A DNA stretch of 64,000 bases from Octopus vulgaris (lineage: Eukaryota). This document shows, in pieces, positions 27,102 to 40,430 of this stretch (its first letter is position 1; each line of letters starts with the position of its first letter). Location of the stretch: contig OX597820.1 of assembly GCA_951406725.2 (NCBI GenBank), positions 84,630,001-84,694,000 of the forward strand, read 5' to 3'. The position numbers and the translations under genes were made by a program. Below the pieces are notes generated by a model, which saw only the letters and a list, made by a program, of their open reading frames with translations, was not told the DNA's origin and ran no database searches.

Positions 27102-27798
27102 TTTAATTCAGTTTCCGTCCACCAAATCCAGTCAAATGGCTTCGGTCATCCTGACGTTAGTAGAAGACACTTTACCAAGATGCTACGCAAAGGGAATCTG
27201 AACCTAGAACGAAAGCTTCTTTAGTTGGTATAGATTTGCCATACGGGCATTACAGAGAGGGGGCAAACAAGGACAGACAAAAATTAAGGGTGAAGAAGAT
27301 TTAACGATTTAAAAATGTCAAATCAACAGAATAAAAACATGAATCGATGAAATAGGCAATAATTCTTATATTTAAAATAAGTCATTGCGTTCCGCAATGA
27401 GGGACGTTGAAAGAAGAGCAGCCGGCCATCTGGGTAGAACCTTTACTTTTTAACCCAACCTCACATACCTAGTGCCAATCGCACCCAGTTTGCTCAACAC
27501 AGGCTTCCATCTTTCCAAGAACATATCTCGTGACAGACCCTTCTCCAGCTTGATCTTTCTACCGATGTGGTAACTAAAAAACTTAACCAGCACCTGTCAC
27601 TATACCTTTCACACGCTTCTTCCATACTGTTTCTTTCAGTAGGGCTACTACGCAAAGAAACCAAACCTTCTTTTCCCTATTAAGTAAATGAGGGGTGGCA
27701 CAATCCCGATGATAGACTCAGCTGGTAGCAGTACTCTTCCCATCACTGACAACAGTTGTTCGACAAACGCTATCAGTACCGATAACTCGGTTCTGATG

Positions 27799-27832
<34 letters not shown>

Positions 27833-27850
27833 TGTATGTATGTATGTATG

Positions 27851-27898
<48 letters not shown>

Positions 27899-27902
<4 letters not shown>

Positions 27903-28230
27903 GCATGGCTCAGTGGTTAGAGCGTCGAGCTTACGATCATAAGGTTGTGAGCTCGAATCCCGGACCGGGCTGCGTGTTGTGTTCTTGAGCAAGGCACTTT
28001 ATTTCACGTTGCTCCAGTTCACCCAGCCGTAGAAATGAGTTGCGACGTCACTGGTGCCAAGCTGTATCGACCTTTGTGTTTCCCTTGGATAACACTGGTG
28101 GCGTGGAGAGGGGAGGCTGGTATGCATGGGCGACTGCTGGTCTTCCATAAACAACCTTGCCCGGACTTGTGTCTAGGAGGGTAACTTTCTAGGTGCAATC
28201 CCATGGTCATTCATGACCGAAGGGGTTCTT
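27899..28230 (+). mobile_element. tRNA-derived SINE, family 3 (CORE-like central region)
   Basis: A box TGGCTCAGTGG, B box-like GCTCGAATCC, then GTGTTCTTGAGCAAGGCACTT; related diverged copy at 60245-60510 (-). Confidence 0.85.
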
Positions 28231-29380
28231 TATATGCAAACACATAGAAGTTTTTGTTTCCCATCAGAAACGTTTAGATGTTATACTTTTAATAAATACA
28301 TATCTTTATATGTGTTACACACGTAGAAAGGAGAGGAGGGGGTAAAAAACGAAAAACACGTTCTCATTGTCCTTCGTGTCCTATATATGGAAAACGATTT
28401 TAGAGCTTACATTTTTGTTCTTTGTTTGTAATGCAACCGAAAGTGGCTTTGTAGAAACACGTCTCATATTTATGTAACTGCCTTGCACCGTTGTCCAAGT
28501 TATCTTATGAAACTGAAGGTTATCATTCTGTTAGTTTCATAAAGATTGGATAATTGATGGATCGATTAGTTAGGTTGCCTAAATAAAGAATGAAATTCAA
28601 CACGTAAATCATCGTACTTCTAACAAAAACATCAAATAAAATATAGATGAATATAAACAATGTTGGTTAGGTGTCTTTAGTTACTCACTCGTAGGCCTTT
28701 ATGCCAACGCGCGCGTATACATGCGTAAATGTTATTTGCTTACAACGACGACATATGCATATATATATATATATATATATGACGTAAGGTTATGTAGTCT
28801 TCCTGTTACTTTAGGTTTAAACTGCATTGTTACTTATATGAATTCCTGGTAATTGATTTGGGAGAATTTGATACTTCATGATTCAAACGATTGGCAATGC
28901 ATTAGCTGCCTCTCCATTTCTGTATTTGCAAATAATTTCCCATTCACATCGTTTCCAAAGTATAGTAATAAACACCAAAAGCCTGTCAACAGCCCTCGCG
29001 TGCTTGTGGTGTATTAAATTTATTTACTGCATGTCAATACTGTCCACCTGTGATAAAGGCGAACATTAGCTTAATGTTGGGGCTAAGAAAGAAGCGACGT
29101 TGTTCTGTATAATGGCCAAACTAAACAAATTTCAGTATCTCTCTCTCTCTTTCCCTTTGCTTTGGCAGTTGACTGATTTCGGCTCTAAGGAAGAAAACAC
29201 TGTGCTGGTGCTTCTCTATTGAACCATGGACACACTCAAATGCATATTTAAGGCAGCTATCACTACAATAAATAAACTATATGTAAATAAACTATTGTCT
29301 CTCTCACTTTCTGTTTTACATACATACATAGTTATATGAATATATATATATATATATACATATACGCATATATATATATA

Positions 29381-29465
<85 letters not shown>

Positions 29466-29543
29466 TATGTGAAATAGAAAGATGAATAATCTTGTAGTAG
29501 ATTAATCTGTTCTGTTTTTGTTTTTTCCAACGGATTTCCTATT

Positions 29544-29630
29544 TTCTTCCTGAAGAGAAAGACACAATATGGTCCCATTATTCAATCGGATTTTGGTAAA
29601 TTGTGCCTTTCGAAACACGTGTAGAATGAA
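29544..29630 (+). ncRNA. Type I hammerhead ribozyme with intact core
   Basis: TTCTTC-CTGAAGA-GAAAG.CACAAT...ATTGTG.CTTTC-GAAAC-ACGT-GTA-GAATGAA; palindromic stem III ACACGTGT; GUA triplet at 29621-29623. Confidence 0.85.
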
Positions 29631-29680
29631 ATAAAACGATTTCTGTTCAATCTGCGTTCAGCTCCATTTCTTCAATTCAC

Positions 29681-29718
<38 letters not shown>

Positions 29719-29734
29719 CATACATACACACACC

Positions 29735-31334
29735 CAACCCGGGCGACCTAAAACTACGACCCATTGTAGCTGGCCCAACCTGTGAAACACACAGACTAAG
29801 TCTGCCTATGGACATCCTCCTGAAACCCTTCCTTAAACATATCGATAGCCATATCAGAGATGACTTAGATATGTTAAACCACCTCCCAAAAAAAGCCAAG
29901 GAAGAAACAATCCTGGTTTCATTTGATGTAGTCAACTTGTATACCAGTATACCTCATAATTATGGACTGGAAGCAATTCAGTTCTGGTTAGACCAATTTC
30001 CGGAAGAAATACCAAAAAGGATCAGTAAAGAGTTCATTACTAAATCAATTGAATTCATCCTACACAATAACCACTTCATGTTTGACAATACATTTTACCG
30101 TCAAAAATCCGGAATTGCTATGGGTACAAGGGCAGCACCAGTCATTGCGAACTTAACGATGGGATACATGGAAATAACCATTTACCAGGAATTCTTATCA
30201 ATCTTTGGAAACCCCCTCTCTCAATACATAAAAGATAACTGGAAACGATTCTTGGACGATTGTTTTATTCTCTGGAATGAAAACACAGATAAACTCCTAA
30301 AATTTAAAAACCTATTGAACAGCATAAACCCAAATATACAGTTCACAATGGAATACAACCAAAAGGAACTCCCGTTCTTGGATATACTAATTAAAAAAAT
30401 TAACCTTAAAATAGAAACAGACATTTTCTACAAAGCCACAGACGCCAAACAATACCTTCTTTTTAGTTCATGCCACCCAAGACACACTAAAACAAACATC
30501 CCCTTCAACCTTGCAAGAAGGATATGCACAATAGTGTCAGAACAAAATACCAGGAACTTCAGACTGCAAGAACTCAAAAACACCCTAATTGACAGACATT
30601 ACCCAACTCAACTCATAGAGGATGGGATCAGACGTGCAACAGAAATCAACATAGAAACTTTAAGAAAAGTTCAACACAACAACACACCTTCCCCGAAAAT
30701 ACTACCTTACATATCTACATACAACCCCAGAAACAAAGAAGCTTTCACCATCATCACCCAAAATTTACCAATACTTCATAAAAACCCCAAATTAAAGGAA
30801 ATTCTAAACATACACCAAATCATTAAAAGCTACAAACAGCCTAAATCACTAAAAAAGATTCTCACAAAGGCAAAATTGTCTTCTAAAATTACGGATGCAA
30901 AAGTAAAAAAATGTGGTAGATCGAACTGTGCAACATGTCCTAACCTATTGGAAGGATCAGAATTCTTCTTTAAAGAGGGACAGAAATTCAAGATCAAATC
31001 TAACTTTACTTGTGCCTCTGAAAACATAATTTATGTCATAAAATGCTCGGGCTGCCACCAAGACTACGTGGGGTCCACGGGACTATCACTCAGACGTAGA
31101 TGCACACTGCATCGACAACAGATTGCATTCCCAGAATATAGAATGATACATTTTAGTGAACACATTGAGAAATGCGCAAAGCAACTACAACCACAAATTT
31201 TAATCTTGCCATTTTACCAATGTGCTTTCGGATCATCATCACAAATTAGACTAAATAAGGAAACATTCTTCATTGAAAAGTACAAACACAATCTCAACTA
31301 TCCGAACTCAATAATACAGAGAAATTCACACTAA
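29735..31334 (+). CDS. 5'-truncated Penelope-like (Neptune-type) polyprotein: RT + Cys linker + GIY-YIG endonuclease
   Basis: Open frame with LRPIV, SFDVVNLYTSIP, GIAMGTRAAP, RFLDD, LPFLD, SCHP, CGRSNCATC and NIIYVIKCSGCHQDYVGST; frame begins directly after a (CA)n tract, upstream of the Met at 29808. Confidence 0.93.
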
Positions 31335-31454
31335 AGGAATTTTAAGCGATTATCTCCCTTACACCGGAAGAAATCACTCACTACTTTCCCTTATTTAGAA
31401 CTCTCCTTAGCAAAAATACAAGGATTACGTTATTAAAAATAAACATTAAGTCAC

Positions 31455-31493
31455 AAGAAATTTGAAGAGCTAACTGCGAAACCGGTATTTCTT
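31455..31493 (+). ncRNA. Minimal hammerhead-like motif in the PLE 3' region
   Basis: AAGAAA-T-TTGAAGA-GC(taact)GC-GAAAC-CG-GTA-TTTCTT; palindrome ACCGGT; first core C is T. Confidence 0.65.
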
Positions 31494-31633
31494 TAAAAAT
31501 TATAAAATTATGTCATTTTAAGGAAAGGAAAAATATTTTTCCAATATTCTCCAGACATTTTGACGCAAATATATATATTTTTTAACATTTAAGCCTTCTG
31601 TCGTTTTTTCACTCTTTACTATTTTCTTATATA

Positions 31634-31665
<32 letters not shown>

Positions 31666-32568
31666 ATAAAATGCCATATACGATTAAATGGTAAACATTC
31701 GAAACATCCGCACCCTCAAAGCGACATAGGCTTTGCTTGGCTGAAGGAGCACAAATATTTCTCTGGCAAAAAAATGATAATAGGTAAAAAAAACTCAATA
31801 TTGAACTCGATTACGCAGATGTTTAGGGGTTGCAGACACATGCAAAAATATTTTTTGAAAAGCTGGACAATGCCACACTCTCAGAATTGACATTACCCCG
31901 ACCTTATAATTTAAAGACTGAATAAGTTAGATCTCTTACCACTATAGTCCCTCCCACCTTTATTTTAGTATGTTATTTACAATCATTTTATTTATCCTTA
32001 TGAATTTTATAAAGTTTTACATTCCTGACATTTTTGTCTTAAATTTTATACATTTATGTTTCATATACATTGTCATTTTCCTTAGAAAATTTACATTTAT
32101 TTATATTCAATTTCGTACATGTTTACATTTACATTGTGGATGTGAATTGTGGTTAGGGCAGCAAACTCGCAATCGAAAGATTGCGGTCTCGATTCCCAGA
32201 CCAGGCGATATGAGTGTTTATTAAGCCTAAACACGTGAATCTCCACGAGGAAACTTTGTCATCGTACTCGACGGAGTGCTACATTTACATCTGGCCTCCT
32301 AGTTTCGTTTTCCAGCTAGAAGTATGGATTTTCTGTATGCTACCATTTTTTCATGTCTTTTTCGCGTATTCACACGCCCTACGTCATATTTAATATTCAT
32401 ATGTGAGCACGCAGAACCTGTTTGTATTTGGAGACACGTAAAACTTTTAAGAGCAACGGAAGATACGTTTTATGATCCTTAAACTCCAATCTGATACTCA
32501 GTAAATGGAGGAATCTTTTTGTTGAATTACACCACGGAGAAATACATTATACATACATTTATACATAC

Positions 32569-32616
<48 letters not shown>

Positions 32617-32999
32617 TACGCCATACTTCCACACACGCCTGCTTTATTTAATTCGTCCATAGTCGAAAAACACCTGTTGCTATGTGCTGTTATGTATATT
32701 TGTGTAATATTTCTGTTTTTTTCCATCCTTGTTTCGTATACATTCGCTGTTTTTGTCCAAGGAATGTAATGCTCTTAGGTCATTTATCCTTGGGGCTGGC
32801 TAGATTGGAGCAATCTCGATTTTAACCAACGGAAATTGCAAAGATGGTATGGAACACAACTGAGGATAGAAAACTCCAAATGATCCGTCCTTGTTTTCCT
32901 TGTATCGTGTGTCTGGAAATTTTGTTTTCCTTCTTTTTGTTTCAACTAACTGTCAGGATAGTTTGCGTTCTTGACGCATTTTTGTATTATATATATATT

Positions 33000-33098
<99 letters not shown>

Positions 33099-33168
33099 CA
33101 TGAATTTTTTGTGTAATGAGATAGAAAAACCAAGGTTGTATGGATATGAAAGCATTTATAGATAGAAG

Positions 33169-33223
33169 GTCTTACAACTGTTTCTAGATTATTAATTAAT
33201 AATAATATCTCTTCATCGGAGAC
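33169..33223 (-). ncRNA. Type I hammerhead ribozyme, mutated core (same family as 13379)
   Basis: On -: GTCT-CCGATGA-AT-rich stem II-GAAAC-AGTT-GTA-AGAC. Confidence 0.7.
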
Positions 33224-33639
33224 GATGTGAGAGGAAAAGTTAAGTCATAGTTAGTTTCGATGTAATATAAATTGAGAGTGAGTGAAGTGGAGGAAAGAAA
33301 ATAGATGTAAGATATGTATGGTTATTGAGTTCATAAATCCGTTTTATAGTCATAATGGTATATATGTGTATCATTCCAATATCCTTTGAGTAAAATCCAA
33401 AAGTCCATCAGAGTTTAATATGAGTCCATCCAAATGTAAAATTTATAAACAATTTAAGATTCTCTTAAAGTTGGTCCTTCCCAGCAGGGAATTTATATAG
33501 GATGTAGCAGATTCGAGATTTGTGTTTAAACTGTGACAGCGACGGGTGTGAAATTGCGGTCAAGCTTACAAGCCTTCAAACGGATTCGATTTCAGATACA
33601 AACTAACCACCGTTCACATACGCCCGAATACACTAAGAA

Positions 33640-34646
33640 AAACTAACACCATTGTGTTCACTTGGAACAGGCTAAATGGATTGACTCCGAAGAAGCTGCA
33701 CCCAAAATAGTGCCTGATTGTACCTCCAACATACATAATACATACTTTATAAATACTAACGCTGTATAAAATTGTTGAATAAGAGAAAATAAATTTTGAG
33801 AATAAACAAGTCTCCATAATCTATTTCATTATTACTAGTTCAACTGTTCATCCTCATCTTCAACAACTTGGAAAGGTTCCTAAACTTGGAAAATGGGTGT
33901 CTCATGAATTGTCCGAAAGCAACCGCAAATCCCGAGTTGATATCCGTTCTCCCTTCTCGCGGGCTCATTTCACTCTTTTTGGATAAACTTGTGACTGGTG
34001 ACGAAAAATGGATCTTCTATCGAAAGGCTAAACGTCATAAACAGTGGCTTTCTAAAAGGGAAAAAAAGCTTAACCACAACCGAGAAGGGAACTTTATAAG
34101 AAAAATATTCTTCTCTCTAATTTGTGGTATTGAAAAGAAGAGATTCACTTTGAACTGTTACTACCTAATGCAACAATCCATACTCAAGTCTACTGTCAGC
34201 AATTATAGCGATTGAACCAAGGTTTAAAGCAAAAAAAAAACCTGTTTTAGTGAATCGGATTTATATTTCAGCAGGACAATGCACGACCCCACACTGCAAA
34301 GATTAAATCATAGAAGATTGAAGATCTTGATTATGAAAAAATGTCTTATTCATTTTATTCTCCCGACCTTGCTGCTTCAGACTACCATTTGTTTCGTAGT
34401 TTACAGAAGCACTTGCGGGACATATATCTTTCACAAGCAAGGAGGAGGTCGAAGTTAACGTTTCAGAGTTCTTCACTTTATAACCTAAAGTTTTACATTG
34501 GTGGAATTATAAAGCCTGTAAGTAGATGGAAGGATGTCATAGATAATCAGGGAAAGTGCATTGAGGTTTAATTTCAATTAAATATAACATTTGATCACTT
34601 GCTTTCTTTATTCAAAATTCGGACAGAACTTATGGGATGATCTGAC
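33640..34646 (+). mobile_element. Decayed mariner (Tc1/mariner) transposon
   Basis: GKWVSHEL, VTGDEKWI, QDNARPH and YSPDLAASDYHLFRSL motifs; TIR-like end CGGACAGAACTTATGGGATGATCTGA near 34620-34645; frameshifted. Confidence 0.9.
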
Positions 34647-34776
34647 ATGTATATATATATATATATTGGATGATCCACATGGCTGCCGCCAAATCCCTGA
34701 AACAAGTGAAAGAATATATAAATCAGTAGCCCGCTCTTCATCATGTCAACTGTAATGTCATTATTTGTTTCTATTA

Positions 34777-34990
34777 AGGCGGCGAGCTGGCAGAAATGTT
34801 AGCACGCCGGGCGAAATGCTTAGCAGTATTTTGTCTGCTACTACGTTCTGAGTTCAAATTCCGCCGAGGTCGACATTGCTCTTCATTCTTTCGCGGTCGA
34901 TAAATTAAGTACCACTTATGCACTGGTGTTGATGCAGTCGAATACCTCCTCCTCCTAAATTTCAGACTATGTGCCTATAGAAGGAAGGGA
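34777..34990 (+). mobile_element. tRNA-derived SINE, family 1
   Basis: AGGCGGCGAGCTGGCAGAAATGTTAGCACGCCGGGCGAAATGC...GAGTTCAAATTCCGCCGAGGTCGAC. Confidence 0.9.
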
Positions 34991-35839
34991 TATTTTTTTC
35001 TAATACAGCAGATGCAAAATCACAATTGTTTCCTTGAAATATTATGTATGTTCAAATATCACAGCGGCCCACAACAAGAGATTCATTAGTTTATAAATAT
35101 TTTCTAAATTAGTCACGTAATCCCACATTTCATCTTAGAATAAACCAAAATCAATATTTTTAAATATTCTTGGTTCAAGTTTGAAACGTCAAATATTAAA
35201 CACTTTACTTTTGTTGCGATTGTGAATGAAGTTGCCTTGCGATAGTATGTCAACCTAGTGAAAATAATTGCAAACTTTTCTGGCAGAGTGTTGTTTGGAT
35301 TGAAGTAGAGCGTCATATTAGTGTGTTGGTGGTCTAATATATGAAAATAATTAAATCAGCATACGATAATTTCTAAGAAAATACATGTCTACTTATCATA
35401 CTGATGGTTTTCCTTAAGTGAACAAGATGAAAGGTTATACTCTGTTTTATATACACGACAGTCAACTATCAGAATACTGCTATTCGTTGAACTTACTCTA
35501 ACAATCAGCTTCAGTATTTTCCACACTAGTTAGACATTCGTATACACCGTGTCTTCGCTTCACGCATGATAAACTTTACAGCAATTACTCATGTTATATA
35601 ACAAAGTAAATATGATAAAACAGTTTCCACCGCGGATAGGTTCAGTGATTATCTTTTCTAGATTAAGTGCAATTTTTTCTTTAATATGTTACAGGGTACA
35701 TAACCGAGTAAATTGATTTCAGTCTTCATTGCTACAATTCTATCAAAATCGATACACAAAGTATAAATATATTATTTATTCATTATTTTTTGTGAATATT
35801 AAACTGTTTGAGCAATAGAGCAGAATAACTTAGCATATT

Positions 35840-36040
35840 GGTTTCAAATGTTGGCACACGCTCATAATCTTCGGAGAGTGGATTTCTCGATTACATAGAC
35901 ACCATTAATCAACTAGTACCCAATACATCGATCCCCGAAGGGGGTGGAACAAAGCCGACTTCATGATATTTGAACACAGAACTTGAAAACGGATGAAACT
36001 CGATAAATATTTTGACCGGTTTGCTAACGATTCTGCTAGT
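35840..36040 (-). mobile_element. tRNA-derived SINE, family 1 (old copy)
   Basis: TCGATTACATAGAC...ATCGATCCCCGAAG...GCTAACGATTCTGCTAG. Confidence 0.6.
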
Positions 36041-37623
36041 TAAACATAAAACCAATATTAGAATAAAGTGCGTAATAACCGAAATCTGCCTCGGCAAAAG
36101 AGTAAGAGAAATTCTGTTTCATTTCAAATTATGGAATAGAAACTAAAACATTATTTAATTATGAAACATCTTCCCTCAAATGCGAGGCAAATGGATTGGA
36201 GGACGTATATAACAAGTTAATCTCTGCCTATTTCAATGAAATATAAAATTCTTTCGTCACAACGGTATATAACTTATGTATGCTAGAGAAATAAATTAAT
36301 CGCACAAAAATAAAAGATTTCACATCTACATGAAAACGTGTAAATATATGTGCATATGTATACATTCACATCGAACTCTTGGGGATATTCGTATATATTA
36401 TTCTATACGTTTATGTTATAGCACGGCGAATACATCGTTAATACCCCCAATAAGCAGAGTAAGCTGAAGTGTTACTTGATAATTCAAGAAGCATTATCAA
36501 TCGAAATTGCATCATTAACAAATTGCAGTGAGTCTTACTCACACGTCATGTGCAGTAAGAGCATCATTAAGATAAAAGTCATTACTTATATGCCAGTAGA
36601 AGCATATAACGAAGTCTTGGCTCGATTCTGTGCGAAAGTTTCAGGCACACACACGCATATACATATATATATATATATGTATGTGTATGTGTGTGTGCGT
36701 GTGTGTATGTGTATATATATAAAGTTGAGACAATAATATTTCCAGTTCATCTATTTTAATTCAGGGTTACTTATCTAATTACTCGATCGACAGAAATATC
36801 GTTTTCACATTAATAGCTTTCCAACAAATTTTTTGTCTCTCTCTGTCTAACATTTTTACTGTTTATATTCGAAATTATTCAGGCCATCACCGCCATAGCC
36901 ATTTATATGCAGATAAGAATCCTCAATGTCACAAAGTCTGTAATTTCTTGAATACAAAATAATATGTGTGAGTATGTCGTTTATCAGAAATTCGGGCAAT
37001 TCTTTTATGAATGAAGAACTAAATTACAAATATTATCTCAACAGAGGAAATTAAACGATTTTAGCTTCTTTCATTTTTAGTTTTAAATTCTTATAGAGAT
37101 ACATAATCAATAATTTTATGAATTATATATAAATGCAAACACAATCACCACTACAGATCCAAAAACATAAATAACTATACTCATGAGCGCCTATTCCTAT
37201 GTATGCGTTCTTACAAATATGCATATATATATATGGTATCACGTAATGTAATTTTATGTATATATACTCATACGGACACACTTATATAATTATGAATACG
37301 CACACTCATTTATGTATCCACGTACGTACGTATATATTTATGTATATATGTATGCATATATGTATGTATGCCTGTATTTCTGTATGTATGATGTATGTAT
37401 GTGTGTATGGAAGTATGCAAGTATGTACGTACTGTCAACAACCTGACAAGAACGTTCTGAATATCTTGATAAACAGTCAAGTGATAACAAGCGGCACCAA
37501 ATCCTGATTCCATTCGCTGCTGGTAAATGCAAGTTAAACAAACGTAATGCATATATATTTTGCCGAAATATTTGCTGGCAGTTATTTCATATTTCAACGT
37601 TAAATATTTTATATATATGTATA

Positions 37624-37662
<39 letters not shown>

Positions 37663-37954
37663 TGTATAGAGGGCATTATTACACATAAATGCCTCACACT
37701 AAGAGGGACATAAGTCATTACTACCAAAATTCCACTAATCGTACCTAATGCAGTTTTCGAAGCAAGACATTTAAAAAATGAATTTAGTTCTATATCACCT
37801 GTGATTTCACACTTAACGCATCAAATACGTCTATGATCATCAGTAGAACTGATTCTGAATACATCATAAATAAACGATCTTTCCTGAGTCTGCTCTTGGT
37901 GAGTCATTTCCTTCGAAAAATGGTCCTATTTCATATTGTATTGTAGCAGTTTCC

Positions 37955-38196
37955 TTTGCGTACAAGCATCACACTTCAAAAGTCCTATGGCGATAGAGGC
38001 GTGGCGGCGTATGCAGACTTGACCGGTTGGAAACATAGAGTTACAAATCTTCACATAAGGCGGCAGAGTTTTTATCTTAACATTGCTAACATGTTTTTGA
38101 TGGACAGAAACTGTTTTCGGTGGAGATCTTGTGTGTGCGCAGCTCTTTTAGGGAGAACACTGCTCACCTGGATATATTGGGAAGGTGCGAGAAAAG
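37955..38196. repeat. Unclassified ~240-bp repeat, copy 1
   Basis: Direct match to 40975-41215 (CTATGGCGATAGAGGCGTG...GGAAGGTGCGAGAAAAG). Confidence 0.85.
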
Positions 38197-38404
38197 GTGT
38201 ATATATATATATGTATTATATATATATATATATATATTTGAGTAATTGAATGAATTATCTTATTAAAGATAATTCGAAAGATAACCGATACCTGGGTAGC
38301 AAATTCACATCAGAATGAACACGGTTGAAGCTACGTCCCTAGGGCATAGACTACGTGTCTTCGTACGGAAATTTGTATGTTTATTTTAAATTATAAATAT
38401 ATGA

Positions 38405-40090
38405 AAAAATGGAGTTGAACGACTAGTTAACAAATATCCTTTATTCTCGACATATGTTTCGAAGGCTGCATATTCCTAATTCCGAAGGAATAAAGAGTAC
38501 ATTATGCAGATTTCTCATCAGGAATATCCAGGAACTTATGTCGACATCAAAATGCACAAAAAACTTTTAGCTGACCGCTCTCAAGGAGCCCATGGCGATA
38601 ATGAGTGTCTCTTTATAATGAGTGACGTCAGAGTGGCTGAATGTAGAAGAATCTAGAAGTTTCTAAAGGTTCAAGAGTTCAAACGAAGTAGGAGGAGGGA
38701 GGCATAAGAATAGTAAGGTGAGAGAGTGCAGGTCAAAAGAATGGTGGGTTTAAATGATTTCTTTTGTGAATGAATGCCTGTGTGTGTGACTGCATATAAC
38801 TGTCTTAATGTGTGTATGTGTGTGTCTGAATGCGTGATGTGTTTGTGGATGGGTAGATGTCAGAAAACTGACAGCTGTGAGTTGATAGTTCTGTATCTGT
38901 GTGTTCGATTATGTTTACTGTAGGGAAAGGAAAGTAGATAGCGAAAGGGAGAAAGAATCGGGCGAGGTGAGAGGCAACGCAACAATAGATAGTAGTAATT
39001 GGGAATATAAGAAAATATTTTTGACTATTGGGGTGAAATATAGCAACAATTTATTTTGGAAATCGAGGGGTTATCTATATTAGTCACTATTTATATGAAT
39101 GAAAGGTGTGTCTTTTCCAGTGTAAAGACCTGTAGGATATTTCGTCGATTGTGTTTATTAAAGGGCCTTTGGCGAACAAAATATAAAAAAGTTCGGAATT
39201 ACAGATGCCACAACATTTTCTGCCTTTATCAAACGGGAAGGACACCGACGAAATGGACCATTCGAGCTTGAACGTAGTGTTATTGTTCTTCAGACGCCAG
39301 ACTAATTTGCTTAGCCCCGTGCTGTGTTGCTTTCTCTTATCTCTGAAAGTGGAATAATGGTTGGAGATCATTTGGCCTAATTTAGAAGGGGTTGCGCCAA
39401 TATAGAAGTAGACATCGGTTCCAGTAGAGATTTGCATTGGTAAGTGGTGCTTCTAATTTTGGAATTTTTGGATAAGAACTTTAATCTGTTGGGGTTGGTT
39501 TCCGATATTAAGACAGAGTTTTTATTGTTGTGATAGGTGTAAAAATTGTTGCTGGCTTTGGCCACGATACTATCCATCTTATTATCATTACTATTAGTTG
39601 TAATATCGTCGGCAAATTCCCTGGGTATAGGAATGCTGCGATTGTTATCATCAATAATATAACTGTTATTAAGAATGCTGGTACTATTACCACTAACACC
39701 ACCACTGTTAATAATCTGGCTAATGTTATTATCATTATTACTATTGCTAACGCTAATGCTGCTATGAATGTTGCTAATATCCATACTACTTCTATTATTA
39801 TTATTATTGTATGTTACGTTGGAATGGGTAAGGGAGGTGTCGCTACTCATGGGTGGGGAGAACCTATTTAGCAGCTTATTATTGTGGGAAGCAATTATCT
39901 GCGAAAGGTTTTAGTATTTGAGAATGCTATTCTTACTTTATGCGAATTTTTAGTGGAGTAGTATCTAGAATTCCTAGGAAAATTCTTAGTTACGGCTTCA
40001 CGGAATTGCAAAGGGAGATTAGACCTGATTTGTCTCCCGAAAGGAATCACAAACCAGATATAGTTCTTTTTGTTCTTGGAATGGCTGAGA
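38405..40090 (-). mobile_element. PLE 3' half: linker, GIY-YIG, 3' UTR and hammerhead
   Basis: On -: LCNSVK..RIFLGILD linker, TYQCK..VYFYIGAT..NHYSTF..STGLSKLVW.LK..WSI..CGICNSELFYI; HHR at 38441-38528 downstream. Confidence 0.85.
38441..38528 (-). ncRNA. Type I hammerhead ribozyme with intact core and extended stem II
   Basis: On -: ATATTC-CTGATGA-GAA..CTGCATA...TATTCCT(loop)AGGAA-TATGCAG..TTC-GAAAC-ATAT-GTC-GAGAATA; palindromic stem III ACATATGT; GUC triplet. Confidence 0.85.
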
Positions 40091-40344
40091 GTGTTGACAT
40101 TTACATTAATATATATATATATATATATAACTATTTTTAGACTTTTTATATATCTTTTTTATGTATTCATATATCTTTTATATATTTATATACATTTATG
40201 TCTTTTATTTCATTTCATTTATAGTTTTAATTGTGAATTTATTTATTTATCAATATATTTATTTCAGTTCTATATTTAAGAGATGAGGAATTATGTACAT
40301 TATTTAGATTTGACTGATATTTGTCTTCATTTTGTTTGTCGTCA

Positions 40345-40390
40345 ACACAACGCTTCGGCTGATATACCCTCCAACTTTCATCAGGTGTCT
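40345..40390 (-). ncRNA. Minimal hammerhead (family of 17778), GAAA box mutated
   Basis: On -: GACAC-CTGATGA-AAGTTG..CAGCC-GAAGC-GTT-GTGTT. Confidence 0.7.
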
Positions 40391-40430
40391 GACGAAGGCT
40401 GGAGTGTATATCAGCCGAAAGATTAGGACA
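40385..40430 (+). ncRNA. Minimal hammerhead core (family of 17778), inverted partner
   Basis: CTGACGA-A-GGCTG(gagtgtatat)CAGCC-GAAA; stem III/I region is deleted or altered. Confidence 0.6.

Noticed and set aside
27899-27970. tRNA gene
   Set aside because: A and B boxes are present but there is no proper acceptor stem, and it runs into a SINE body; the same holds for heads at 17591, 32150 and 44405.
29544-31493. HHRs at 29544 and 31455 as the paired pLTRs of one Penelope element
   Set aside because: Their stems and flanks are unrelated, and a microsatellite separates the first from the truncated ORF.
32860-32920. CTGAGGA box in a TA-flanked repeat as a hammerhead
   Set aside because: I could not find a stem II closing onto a GAAA-stem III-NUH.
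38252-38280. Perfect hairpin GAATTATCTT/AAGATAATTC followed by GAAA as another hammerhead
   Set aside because: No valid CUGAnGA box upstream and no stem III/NUH downstream.
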